Source: Podarcis gaigeae (Eukaryota). From it: DNA of 64,000 nucleotides. Position 1 is the stretch's first letter; the number at the start of each line of letters is the position of its first letter. Of the stretch, positions 26,901 to 39,400 are shown in pieces. A program made the translations under genes and the position numbers. The notes under the pieces are model-generated. The model ran no database searches. It worked only from the letters and a program-made list of their open reading frames with translations, and was not told the DNA's origin. The stretch is taken from assembly GCA_964106915.2 (NCBI GenBank), contig OZ066924.1. One strand, given 5' to 3'.

Positions 26901-29900
26901 CCCACCCCCACACTGTTCTGGAGGTTTTTCTGACCTCCCTTGGAGCCAAATTTGGGGTGGCCATGGGGGAGAAGCAGGGGGAGAAGCCACGCTACACAAG
27001 CAGAAGTCCTTGTGCATGGCTTCCACTGAAAGGGCTTGTTAGGTGATTCCTGCCCCCCAAGTGTTTTATTGTCATCATACAAAATAAAAATAAATAGAAC
27101 AAAATACTTATTGCTTCAGAAATATGATTTGTGCCTGTGTGCAAATTTAATTGCCTATTTAATTAGTAGATTAACATTCCTTTAATACACTTGCAGCTCT
27201 GTTTGGAAGTAATCCCACTGAATTTAGTAAGACTTACTTCCATAAAAATGAGTTAGATTCCCTGTCTCTGTTGTGTGCTGATTGCAAGCAACACCTTTAA
27301 GGCATGTTCTGCCCCCCCCCCCGCCGGAATGCTGGGCATTGTAGTTCGTTAAGGGTTGATGGGAATTGTAACTCTGTGAGGGATAAGCTCGCAGTGGCGG
27401 TGTTGAATCCAGGAGCACTGCCAAACTGCAGACCTACTCCTTCCAGACGAGTGTGGTATCATCCAGAACAGGCCATCTTCACACCTCCCTGAAACACCTC
27501 AGGAAACATACCAACTCAGTTTTTTCAGGATTCAGCTTCATTTTACTGACCTACATAAAGTCCATCACCATCTCTAAGCTCTCACCTCCACTGCCTCTCC
27601 TGATTCAGATGGAACAGAGAGATAGAACAGATATACTGAATAACTGTTAAGTATTTTATATATACTGCAAATCCTTACAGTTGTTATCCCGTTCACCCAT
27701 GCTGTAGGCCTATGAAATAGGTAATAAAAGCTTCCCCCATTTTAGAGATTTGGGGCATGAAGGCTGCAGTTCTGTGATATGTCCAAGGCCCCCACTCATT
27801 TATGACATGGCGTCTAAACACAAAGCTTTCAGATACAGTTATGGTACTCTAGCTACCAAACTATACTGACTCGCTTATTCTACCCAGTTTCCTCCTTGTT
27901 TAAAATGACAAAATCTCTTGAATTTCCACAAGCAAAGGTCATATGTTGTGTCATTTTGTATCAAGGAAAATTGCATGGGAAAGGCATGCATAGTTCTAGT
28001 TGGCATGTGTTATACTGCTGAAAGCAATTTGTTTCTGAAAAGACAGTTGCAAAGGGCAACAGAGTCATAAAAGTGCTTTATGTGGTGTAGTTTATAACAA
28101 TCTGTGGCTGTTGTTTAATACATCAGCATTCCAATTATCCACAAAATTTTATTGTTGCAATTTATTTCAGGTAATAATCACATGAAGGAAGAAAATTATG
28201 GTGCTGCGGTGGATTGTTATACTCAGGCTATAGAACTGGATCCAAATAATGCAGTCTATTATTGCAACAGGTAAATAAACTTAGAACAATGAATTATATC
28301 AGTCCTACCATCTGTCTATATATCTACAGTTCCCCAGAACACGGCTGCAAACTCTTGTCCTTGTTTGATCACTAGTATGGTTTCCCCCCTATAAAAACTC
28401 CACTACATTTCCTTAAGTAGTCCAGTTCAGTCCATTGCGAAGTTAGTTTTGTTCAGGTGACTTTGCTGGGGATAGGGTTGCAATTCTAAATATATTTGCT
28501 TGGAATTAAGTTCTGCTGAGATTGATTGGAATTAATTTCCAAGAAAACATGGTTAGGATTGGGCTGCAAATTAGTTTAAATGTTACGATGTCAACATTTC
28601 TGGATTGGGTTGATGAGTGGATGGATAGTCTCGTTGTTGATATACACTTTTCTTAGCTGCACTCTTTGTTCTTTTTCTTTTTCACTTCAGAGCTGCTGCT
28701 CAAAGTAAGTTGAGTAACCATAATGAAGCAATAACGGACTGTGAAAGAGCAATAGCAATAGATCCAAAATATAGCAAAGCATATGGAAGAATGGGGTAAG
28801 TAAACCTAACTTGTTTGAACATCAAATTAAAGTGTGTTGTCCTAACACACTTACACATCAGTTATCAAACACTCGCCACACTTACAGTATGCCCCTGGAA
28901 TAATTTCTGATCGCTTGGCAACTGCCTATCAGATTTATTTTATTCTACTAGTACATAAACACTGCAGACTCTGTCTAAGAGGAGTCAATATAGATGTCAT
29001 TGAGAATGATACAGCAGCAATAGCAACTATTAATTTTGTTTGGCCTAAAACATTAGATGTACAACTACAGTGCTAATTGCAATAAGAAACATATTTGAGT
29101 TAGATGGTATTGGTTAAGTTGGACCCTCTGTAAAAGAGACATAAAGCTGGTGAGATGATACCTTTATTGGGCTGCCTAGGACTGCAGATGTGCAATTCTG
29201 AATTTAGCTGAATCTTTCAACCTTTAGCTGAACAGCCAAAATTACTAGTACAGTACAGGTAACTTGCATCTTACATGGGGGTTATGTTCCTGGCCATTAT
29301 GCATGCAAGCAAAACCATGTAAAGCCAGAACGACCCCCTAGAAAGCCATTTAAAAAATCGCTGCACATACGTTTTTCCTAGAACCCTGCCCTCTTTTAAT
29401 TTGTAATATATATTTTTGTCAAGCATGAAAAGCTGAATGCATACAAGTTAAATGCAAGTAAGCGGCAGGCTTGCTGTAAATTTCTCATACGACTTTACTT
29501 TTATTTTATATTTTGAAGAATTTTATCATTTATACAAGACATCTGTTTTTGAAAATTGAAGTTAACTTTTTTGGGGGGGGGAGTGCAAGTAGTTTGTCTT
29601 GTCTAGAGCACAGAATAGCCTGGCACTGAATGAGGTACTGACTCACCAACCTCACCCTGCCCCCATTTGTCTGCCTTCTTACTTACAACCAGTCAGAAGG
29701 TGGCTCTGCTTGTCATTGGTTCTGGTTTCAGCTACTGTTGGGCTTCCTGCCTCCCGCTCTCCTAGTCTCAATGGACACCAGCCAGTCAGTGTAGGCAACA
29801 CTCTAGTTCACTGCTGGGAGTTCCCTGACACCTCAAAGCCAAAACAGACTTATTATGTCTTAAAGGTTTTGTGGACTAGAGTCTACTTCCTTAGAATTTA

Positions 29901-32828
29901 AGCAGCATTTACATTTTTTTTTTCATTTAAATCAATGCGAATTAGATCAGAAAATACAAATACTCTTTCAGATTGGCTTTTTCACATTGGCTTCCTTTGT
30001 TCGTATCAGATTGGCTCTGACTTCAATGAACAAATACCAAGAAGCAATTAATAGCTATCGAAAAGCACTGGACCTTGATCCGGAAAATGACTCCTATAAG
30101 TCAAATCTGAAAATAGCTGAGCAGAAGTTAAGAGACATGTCCAGTCCTGTAAGTTGGCTTTCGAACTATTTATTCAACTATTGTAATGACTCGGTGCTAC
30201 TTTGTACAGGATTGATGTGTATATTTAATTTTCAGACTGGAACTGGATTAAGTTTTGACATGGCAAGTTTGATAAACAATCCTGCCTTCATTAGCATGGT
30301 AAGTGCATTTAAAATTATTTTTTGTGGTTTCCGTTTCAGGTCCTCCTTCTGTTCCATGTCTTATTTTGCTCTTCTGAAGAGCAATTTAGAAACCTAAACT
30401 CTTCTTACTCAATGCTGACAAACCCCATGGTAGACTGTCACTTATTCTTTTGTTTTGCTATTATGAATTCTGCTCCCAAGTTTTTGGAATGCATTTCAAA
30501 ATAGTTTTGGGGAGGGTCTTATGGCTGCTTAGAAACTGGACCCACATTGTATATTCTGGTAAAATGAGGTTTTCTATGAGCCTCTCAAAACTGAGACCCC
30601 GTAAGGTGTTGGAACCAGAGATGTTTGGAATGGAACCCTGCCAACTGGGTACTCTCATAGGCAGAAGGGAAGGAGGGAGATGCAGGTTTTGCCAGTTACC
30701 CCCTAAAGCCCTCCCTACACTACCTGAAAAACCTGCTCCAGAATGTTGGAACATCTTCCAGAAGAGTGTGGGAGGTGGCTCTTGAAGCTGCAAAGGGCAA
30801 GGGAAATTGGAAAAAATTGCCTCGTCCCTTTTCCTCTAGCAGGAGCTTCCACTGGATCCAGGTCGCTTCTGCAAATTGAGAAAGCCCTTCTGTTTGCAAA
30901 ACAGCAGGTTTGGATCAAGCCTAAGGCATTTGCTTGCCAGACAGCTTAGGGTTGGTCAAAGGTTTGACCTCTGTTCAAAATACTGTGGAATTTCAAGCCT
31001 CCTCTTTATTCACTGTGCTATGGGCTAAACTCTGGCTGCATTACAACTCAAGGCATTTCATCTATTTCAGGCAGCGAGTTTAATGCAGAACCCTCAAGTT
31101 CAGCAACTGTAAGTATGAACTAAGAATGGAGTCTCTGTTGAAAGACATAAGTGAAAAAGTCTTTGGCATACTACAGAGGATATGGTTGGGGGGACGGACG
31201 GACTCTGAACTAGAAGTTTTCACCTCATGGGCACACAATTCTTCCCTCCGCCCCGCCCCGCCCCCCACAGAAGGCACTCCCTAGGGCTAAAAAGTCATTA
31301 ATCATTTTTCTTGCTAGTAATAAGCAGCAATTCAGGGATTGCCAAGAGCAAAAACCTGTTAAATATTATGTGTGCTGCAGATAGGTGAAGAAGAGGCTTA
31401 AGACCCTAGAATCAAAACTGACACTGGGATCTCAGAGACAACATAATACATGAACAGACCTTGAATAGATTAAAGGAGGTGCAGAAGACCAATACTTTAT
31501 TAGCAAATCATACTTTTATCAGCAAAATATTTTATTGTTATTTGGAAGAATTCAACAGGAATTTCTCAAGCACAGATCCCCATTGCAATGACTCAGAATT
31601 GTGCAAGAGAGCAGCTGTGCCTTCTAAAACTCCCAGTTGCTTTAATTGGAGTTGTGCAAGGGAAAGTTGTGCCAATTGACGTCCTTCCCAGAGTGACAGC
31701 TACATTTACTTGTAGCTTATTTTTTTTATATATAATATGGCAGAGAACACTTGCTAAATATATATATATCTCACAAACGCACACATACACACACTCTAAT
31801 GCCTATATTTCTCCATGTACCTAAAATCTTTAGGATGTCGGGAATGATGACAAATGCTATAGGGGGCCCTGCGGCAGGTGTTGGTGGCCTCACTGATCTC
31901 TCAAGTCTCATACATGCGTAAGTGACGTACATACTGCAATTGCAAGTTAATATTTATGAAAATTATTTATTTATGAGGTTCTTTTCATTCATATTAAATT
32001 TTATAGACTGCTTGTCCATTGGAATGATCAAGCAGTATTATGCATGCAAATAGGTAAGAAGTATATTAGGACATGAGTACACTAAAACAGTATTGAACAG
32101 CATATAAAATTCCTTCATTATCAACAATGTCAGCCACAGGCAAAACTAGTTGTTCAGTTCAGTTGATGAAAGCCTGGTTAAATAGAAAAGTCTTCATTGG
32201 ACGCCTGAAACTGAAAATACAACGTGTCCCTTTAATGATTAGTGGTACAGAATTTTGCAAAGCTGGTGTAACCACTCTGAAGGCCCTGTTACTGGTAGTT
32301 TAATACCTAAGACATGGCACCATTAGCAAGGCCTCATCCACTGAATGTAAAGGTTGGGCAGGGCTTAGGGACCAATGGAATATTGAAAATAGTCTATTTT
32401 TAAGTTGTTTTTAAAGGGGGCTGACTTAGTAGTTCTTGTTTTCTGTTGCCGTCGCTGGTTACAACTTCACATCTATGTTCTGATCCTTCGTTTGAGCATT
32501 TGGCCTGTGCTTTCCCTGTCTTTTCAGCAAAATGAAGAGCAGCTTTCTAAATTTCATGTTTTTCTCAGCTTAGGGCAAATGGGCTGTCTGATTAGTACTT
32601 TCTTTCAGTTGTAGAGTTAATTTGAGCTTTGGCTTCCTGTGTTTTGAGTACAGCACAACAGTGGCCTCCCCTCGTTTACTGATCTTTGTAAAATAAAAAC
32701 AAAAATTTCTGTACAGAGGGCAGCAGTTTGCACAGCAGATACAGCAGCAAAACCCTGAACTCATAGAGCAGCTGCGGAACCACGTTCGAAGCAGATCTTT
32801 CAGCGGCAGCACTGAAGAGCATTCCTGA
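20825..32828 (+). CDS. SGTB: Small glutamine-rich TPR co-chaperone beta, complete, 304 aa
   Basis: join(20825..20924,24971..25074,26272..26341,28171..28270,28691..28795,30010..30148,30236..30298,31071..31108,31834..31917,32717..32828) = 915 nt. It encodes an N-terminal dimerisation domain ([15 protein letters not shown]), TPR repeats ([10 protein letters not shown]...[14 protein letters not shown]) and a Q-rich C-terminus. Confidence 0.97.
21200..21560 (+). mobile_element. Older CR1-family 3' fragment (related copies at 43190-43320, 48885-49120 plus and 59610-59760 minus)
   Basis: gacagataagagaaagtacttc..gttaaactgtggaactcact..ggctttaaaagaggattggacaaat..gagaacaggatgctg..ggcctgatcc..gctctta. 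Confidence 0.7.
24971..25074 (+). CDS. SGTB: SGTB coding exon 2
   Basis: [35 protein letters not shown]. Confidence 0.95.
26272..26341 (+). CDS. SGTB: SGTB coding exon 3
   Basis: [23 protein letters not shown]. Confidence 0.93.
28171..28270 (+). CDS. SGTB: SGTB coding exon 4 (TPR)
   Basis: [33 protein letters not shown]. Confidence 0.96.
28691..28795 (+). CDS. SGTB: SGTB coding exon 5 (TPR)
   Basis: [35 protein letters not shown]. Confidence 0.96.
29256..29476. mobile_element. Degenerate Tigger-like MITE
   Basis: TA-CAGGTAACTTGCATCTTAC...GTAAGCGGCAGGCTTGCTG-TA imperfect TIRs. Confidence 0.55.
30010..30148 (+). CDS. SGTB: SGTB coding exon 6 (TPR)
   Basis: [46 protein letters not shown]. 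Confidence 0.96.
30236..30298 (+). CDS. SGTB: SGTB coding exon 7
   Basis: [21 protein letters not shown]. Confidence 0.95.
31071..31108 (+). CDS. SGTB: SGTB coding exon 8
   Basis: [13 protein letters not shown], 38 nt. Confidence 0.93.
31834..31917 (+). CDS. SGTB: SGTB coding exon 9
   Basis: [28 protein letters not shown]. Confidence 0.94.
32717..32828 (+). CDS. SGTB: SGTB last coding exon
   Basis: [39 protein letters not shown]. Confidence 0.96.
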
Positions 32829-35247
32829 TTAAAAGCAGCATGTGATAGAACACTGTTTTACTAATTCCAAAAGGCATACTGTAGCTAGTAGCAAATATCA
32901 CCATTGTAATTCTTCTCAGACATGAGACTGGAAATCCTTTGTGTGTATTCCTTATCGTCTGTTGAAAACAGATTCATTGCACACAGGTGTGAACATATCA
33001 TGTATGTATATTGATGCCTTTGTAAATGGACTATAAATAAAACTGGTGACAGATTAAAATCTTTACATATAAGGCAGCATTTTCGTATCAATGCACAAAA
33101 GCATGCAATTTTTCGTTCTCTTTTAAGAGAGTGGATTTTTTGCACTAGGATTGTGCGTTGAAAGAGATCACCCACTTGTGGTGACATAATATTACTTGTG
33201 GAGTAATAATGCTTGATAGGCTAGTCAGTCCTATGTAAAATCTGTATTCAAAATATATTAAATAAGGCAGCCTTTCCTCAAAACTGAAGGGTTGCCGCTG
33301 CCCCAGAGACAAGGCTGTGGCAAGCGAAAACAATTTTGCATGACTAATGTTGCATTTTTTACTTTATAAGCTTATAAAGTGAAGACTGCTTTTTTTCCAC
33401 ATTGTGGGTCATTACTGGGGTTTTTGAAAGGAAGGAGAGCAATAGGTCTGATTGTTGGAGTTGCTTCAGGCTCAGAGGTTGTGGTGGGAGATGGAAAGAG
33501 GGTGAATAAACCCTAAGCTGGGGGAGAAATAAATGTCTTGTAGGAGTTGGACCAGAAAAATTTAAGCTGTGCAGAATTTACGGGTCTATGTGTAGGTACA
33601 GGCAAAGAGGTATAGCATGTAGGCTGACAAGCAGGGAGTACCTACTAAGTTTTCAAAGGGAGCACTACTGTGAAATAATTGGAAACATTTCTTATAGGGC
33701 AGCTTGGGCTAGATGTAAAAGGGGACACTTGGCATCCTTCTTTCCTATAGTTGTCTTAATAGACAGGACTTGCACAGCAGCAGTTCCGCGTTGCAATGAA
33801 TGTATTGAGAGGAGCAAGGAGAAGGAAATTACGAAAGCCATATTTAAGACTTGTGATTGAGCAATAGGTGATTCTCAGTCTCCTTATCAGTTTGTAATGG
33901 ATGGATAGTGGGGAGAACTTTAGAAGCCCTAGCCAGAAAAGGTGCACCAAGGGGTGTTGAGGGAAAAAGCAGTGTAGAATCCAGAACAAAAGATGGGGAT
34001 GAAAGTTTTCCCAGTAATATGCAGAAATAGTCTCTCTGGCATACACAGAACCCAAGATTTTACCCTTGAGATAGCTCTGCAAACTTTGATGGAATGACAC
34101 CATGTTTTTATAATGAGTTGTTATATGCTCATAGTATCTATTCAATGTAGTTGTCATGTGCCTGTTTACGTAATCTGTGGTTTATGTAACCACATATTGG
34201 TTGCACATTAGAAACTGTCTTGAGGGAAATCTGACAGCAGAAAGTTAATACAGTATGCATATTGTAGATTATCTGAAGTCAGCTTTTTGTTATCCCCTTT
34301 TAGTTCTGCCTTTGTTCTGAATTTTTATTTGTTGCTGTTGTCTTTATGCCTCTTCCTTCCTGTACGCACCTCCTGTCACTATATTTTTTATACTGTAATT
34401 CCAACCAAATGTACTTATGCATTTCTGCAGAACCAATTTAGAAAGTCGATAACGGGAGAGACTTTCAGGCTAACAATATATTGCCACATTCAGGAAATAG
34501 TTCATTGGAGGATATTCGGAATGCTGAGCGGGTGGGAGAGCACCAAGAGTCTGTTGCAGTGATGTTAACATTTGTCTTTTTTCTCAGCTACTCGCTCTAC
34601 AAAGCAGCAGTTTTTGACCTTTGTTTTTCAATATACTTGGTCCCCATTGACCTGTCCTTTTCCGAGTTCTCAAGTACCTTGGGTGTCTGGTTATTGGCAT
34701 TAGGACAATGCTTCAAGCATATTTTCATTCAGAAGTAGGAATCGCTGCTGAGCAAGTGTAATTAGAATACTGAAAATATGGAATATAAAGCTTGCAGTAT
34801 AAAGGTACAATGCAAACTACTCATTAAATTGCTTTTGTGTAATTAACATTTAAATTAATTACAAATTGCAGTAGCTATACACTGGTGTCCTGAATTCACT
34901 GGGTAGAAACAGTCCAGTGCTGATTTAACCAGTCATGATAGCGTTTTCAAAAAGTAGGATCAGAGATGCAATCTCCTTCATGGCTACCACCCCATATTTA
35001 AGCTGCTGATTAGCACCCGTTCAGATGTTCAGTGAACTAACCAGATAAGATGTGTTTGAAACAGCAGAAAATGTTGCATTTATGGCAAACAACTAGCCTT
35101 TTCACTGTTAGATCAGGCAGACTGTTCTCCAAATAAAAATGCACATTCCAGATAACATTTTAGGTAGCAGCTATTCACACCTGAAGCTGTTCTTCAGTTT
35201 TCCATAGATGATTCATGGATCAGTCTTGTGTTGTTTGGAATACGTTT

Positions 35248-35270
35248 AATAAAAGAACACTTAAAATAAA
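35248..35270 (+). terminator. Candidate distal SGTB poly(A) signals
   Basis: Tandem AATAAA at 35248-35253 and 35265-35270 followed by T/GT-rich sequence; a proximal AATAAA also occurs at 33036. Confidence 0.5.
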
Positions 35271-35343
35271 GAATAGTTTACTGTTTTCCAATATTGTCTG
35301 TATAGTTTTTACTTTCCATTTCTTGTTTCATGAAGAAATTGAC

Positions 35344-35349
35344 TTTATT
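35344..35349 (-). terminator. Candidate distal TRAPPC13 poly(A) signal
   Basis: AATAAA on the minus strand; other candidates at 35852 and 36132. Confidence 0.4.
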
Positions 35350-36339
35350 GTACCTTTTCAGCATGTGATGAACACTATACAATGAAGGTATCAGCCGTAC
35401 TCTTTCCAGTTTCTGTCTGAATCTGAGCTATTTCATTCCTACAGTGCCTTGCAAAGTAGTTGCAGCAACCTTCAAACTGTACACAGCCTCCAAAGTTCAA
35501 AGACAGCGTGCTTCTAAGTACAGGTACTAGTTGCTAGGGAGCAATAGCTCCAGAGAACTCTTGCCTCCAAGTGCCACTAGCACACTTTCCAGGAACAGCT
35601 GGTTGTTTACTGTGAATAGAATGCTGGATTACATCAGGAATGGGGAACATGGGACCTGCTATATGTTGTTGGTCTATATGTTGTTGGTCAGCCCAGCTAG
35701 CATAGCTGTTGGTTGGTGATGATGGGAGTTGTAGTCCAGCAACAGGGTTCCCCATCCCTGGACCAAACGGATGTTCGGTTTGAATGGCTCTTATGGTCCA
35801 AATGGCGCTTCACCGACTCTGTACTCAGATCACTCTGGTTCCCCACACCTCTTTATTATATGGTGAATTAAACCCCTAATATATGACCACCAAAAGCATT
35901 TGTAAAATATGCTGTATTTCTAGATGTAGAGAATCCTGTTTTAATGTAGGGTGCGAGATTGGGAATTAGCCACTGCTTTTCCTATGAACATCAGCGTGCA
36001 TGAAATAGTTTGCAACCTTCCTCAATACAGCTTAAGAGTCATTTATCCAGATACTACACGTCATGTTGCAAGTATCATTAAATGAGTTATGCAAGTAATA
36101 ATTAGGGCAGCTGCATCATTGGACTCAGGGCTTTATTTCCAAATAGTTTAAAATACATACGGTTGGCTCTTCACAAATAAACTGTTTTTTTAAAAACATT
36201 CCAAAGATGGCAGATTGAATTCCAAAGGGGCAGTTAAATAAAGAAATTCTTTTTTGGATTGCAGATGGTTGTACTAAATTGCCAGAGGGTTGGGGCCAAA
36301 AACCAAAATAGGAAATATTAAAACAAAAAGGGTTCACTT

Positions 36340-36444
36340 TCAGTTTTCTTTTATTTTGGAAGAAACTACACAGACTTGTGCAATATCATCATACTCGTAT
36401 GTTCTCTTCAGAAAGGTGTCTGTTAATCTCAAACCAGAGACAGT
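36340..36444 (-). CDS. TRAPPC13: TRAPPC13 last coding exon
   Basis: [37 protein letters not shown]. Confidence 0.96.
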   Translation of the reverse strand, partial: TVSGLRLTDTFLKRTYEYDDIAQVCVVSSKIKEN

Positions 36445-39400
36445 CTAAAATGAAAGGGGGAGAAAAAGGATTGACACTGTGAAACGTAACAGGCTTCTGA
36501 ACTGGTCATAAGAGCCCTATAACTTAACAGTATCCCCTTATATAGGTTATAAGGACCCCATGCTGCCATTCTTGGAAAGATATTCCAGGGCAATTAGTTT
36601 TTTCAGTTTCCCTCCATGGGTGGAGAAGGTTGCCTGCCCTTGAAAGGACAGGGGACAGAGGAAAGGAAAACACACCCCAGCCTTTTGCCCTACAGACACA
36701 AGTCCAACAGCTACTCCCTCCAACCCCATGTAGGATTGCAATGCCCAAGCGGGAGATCTTACCTGTAGTCCCTGCACAGATGAAAGCAGCGTAAGTGTCA
36801 AGTGTAGGGATGAAGTGGGGTGCAGTTTGCCCAGCTGCCTTCCTGACACCCCACACCAGTGAATGGAATTAGTGTTGCACATTTCCAAAACCAGATCCAT
36901 GGTTCTTTCACTGCTGGATGGAAAATAATAATAAATTAACATAGATCTCAATTAGTCTAAGGGCCAGTTCACACCAGTTCATGTGTTTTTCTTTTTCTTT
37001 GCGGCCTTCTTTCTATGGTTAGAAAGAAAAGGTTTCAGGGTGATGCATACGGTGGTTAAATCATTTAATGCTTCCAACAAACCTGCGGCTAAGTAATTGC
37101 CCAACAGGAGCCAGCATGATAATTAAAACATGTATTTCTTTTAAATTCTGATTATTCAAATGGTTTAAAAATGAAGTCCTTATGTAATACAAATACACAC
37201 ATCTTTTTCAGCACATTGGACCAACTAGGTCACTGCCTCTCTTTCCTCTCCATCAATAAAAACCACAAATATTTTTGAAATTCTAAAATCTACTTTGTCC
37301 ACTGTATCTCAGCAAGTGAGGGGCAGAATTATATATATCTAGGAATGTTCATTTAAAAAACAAACCATTTCCATCACCTTAAAAATAATTATATATTCCT
37401 GCAGTAAGGAGAACCTTGAATGCAAACAGTATTTTAATACATCTAAAACACTGGGTGAATTATCTCTACAAAACTTACCCCTTTGACTGGAAACGGTAAG
37501 CAGTTCAAAATACAATTCTTAAAAAATAGAGATGGCAGGAGGGGAAGTAATTTCATTACCTGCAGTTTGTTATTTTACATGTAATATCAAACGGTTCTTC
37601 CAGGTTTACAGTGTCCGGAATTGTCTCCAATGAAACCCTGACATCACCATAACCTGGAGCCTAAGAAAGCATTAAAAGTTTAGCAAGGTACACCCACACC
37701 GAGAGCAAGAGAGGGAGGGAGGGGGAGAGACTAGACAAGCAGTAGTACTAGTGTAGGAATGGCCATTGTGGTCCCCTTCAGATGGATTCCACTTTCTACC
37801 ATCCTCAGCTATGGGCTATTGTGGCTAGGACTGATGGAAGTTATAATTCACAGGAATATCACAAGTGAATCGTAGGATGACATTCTGGAGAAGTATATGT
37901 AACATTACAAATTTCATGTTTATGCTAATGTACTTGGGAGTCCTCATTTGGATTTTTATGAACGGGAGCAACCTCAAACATCTTCAGAAAGCAAACATAA
38001 AAACTGAGATTTACAGTACAATTCTGGATAGCATTTAAGTAAGTTTTACCCACAGATTAAAGAACATGATTTAGGTGCATTAATTTCAATAGGTCTACGC
38101 TTGAGTAAAACCTCTACAGCCTTTTCTCCTTATGAGTGCACAAGCCGCTGCTTTCAAGAAGTATTTTATTTAACCATATGTTGATATTTAATTAAACAGG
38201 TTTTAGACCACTTTTTAGGCAGAGTTGCTTGGCAAAGCAGTTTACAACCATAGACGAACAATAATCCACAACATTCAGTAGTAAAACAAGTTATGGCAGT
38301 CTCATCCCAGGAACATACAAGCCAGCGTAACAACAAAATAAGCCATCTAGTTCTCAAGGAGCAGCTTGAAAGAGGGAGCTGCCTTGGAATGAGTCAGGTC
38401 ATTGGTCAATCTAGTGCAGCATTGTCAACACTGACCAAAAGCAATTTTCAGATGGGACCTTCACAGCTGTGCCTAGTGATGTCTGGGACCTTCTGCATGC
38501 AAAGCAGATGCTCTATCACTGAGCTATGGTCATTCCCCAAATAATTAGCATTGGCCCCAAAGACCCTGATGAAAAAATTTGATGTAAACAAGGCATGTTT
38601 ACAGCTAGCAAGGGAGGAAATATACATGATCTCACTTGGAATCAAATTCCGTATTTGGGTTGGGGACCGCTGAAAATAATCTGTTCTGTGTTCCAGCAAA
38701 AGTGCTGTATATATATTTCTAGTCTTATAAATTGTAATATTAATGAGAACTTGAGAAGAATCCCGATGGATCACATCAAGGTCTATTTACTCCAATATTG
38801 TTTTTACAGTTTCTAAATTTTCCTCCCAGCACCTGATATTCAGAGGCAAGCTGTATCCGCACAGGCTCTTCACTATTTCCCTTCTGTCTTTAAAGAGAAT
38901 CTTCTGAAAAATACTTACCATTCGTTGGAGCTGACTGGTTTGCAACCTTCCCCTTTCGCCCAAGTTTGTCTTCCATACTATATCAAGCTTTCCAATGACG
39001 GTCACACCTTTAATAACGCCAGCTTTCTCTGCAAACTCTTGCTTTGGTTTAAGACAGTAAAGATACTGTCGAGTATCCATGGGTTGCAGATACGTTCTTG
39101 AACCAAATGTTGACACACTGGAAGAGAAGGGGCAGGTTTACCTTAGCTTGTACCTCAAAATTGGACTTTTTGACAAAAATCCAGTGAATTGGCTATCAGA
39201 TTCAATTTTGGGTTGCCTTTTCAGTTAAGAAAGAAAGTAGCCTGCCTCCAGAAGTTTTAAGGAAATCAGGCTTAGCAGAGAGAAAAAATTAAAAGACAAG
39301 CAAGATGGCAAGATGTTTCTGCGAAAGTTTGGAAGGGAGGAATATAGGAATGGGGGGGGACTCAAACTGGCTAGACCACCTATTTGCTATGCTACACTGG

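Noticed and set aside
38480-38539. tRNA-like sequence
   Set aside because: B-box/T-arm and acceptor stem are degenerate and it continues into a SINE body, so it is a SINE head rather than a tRNA gene
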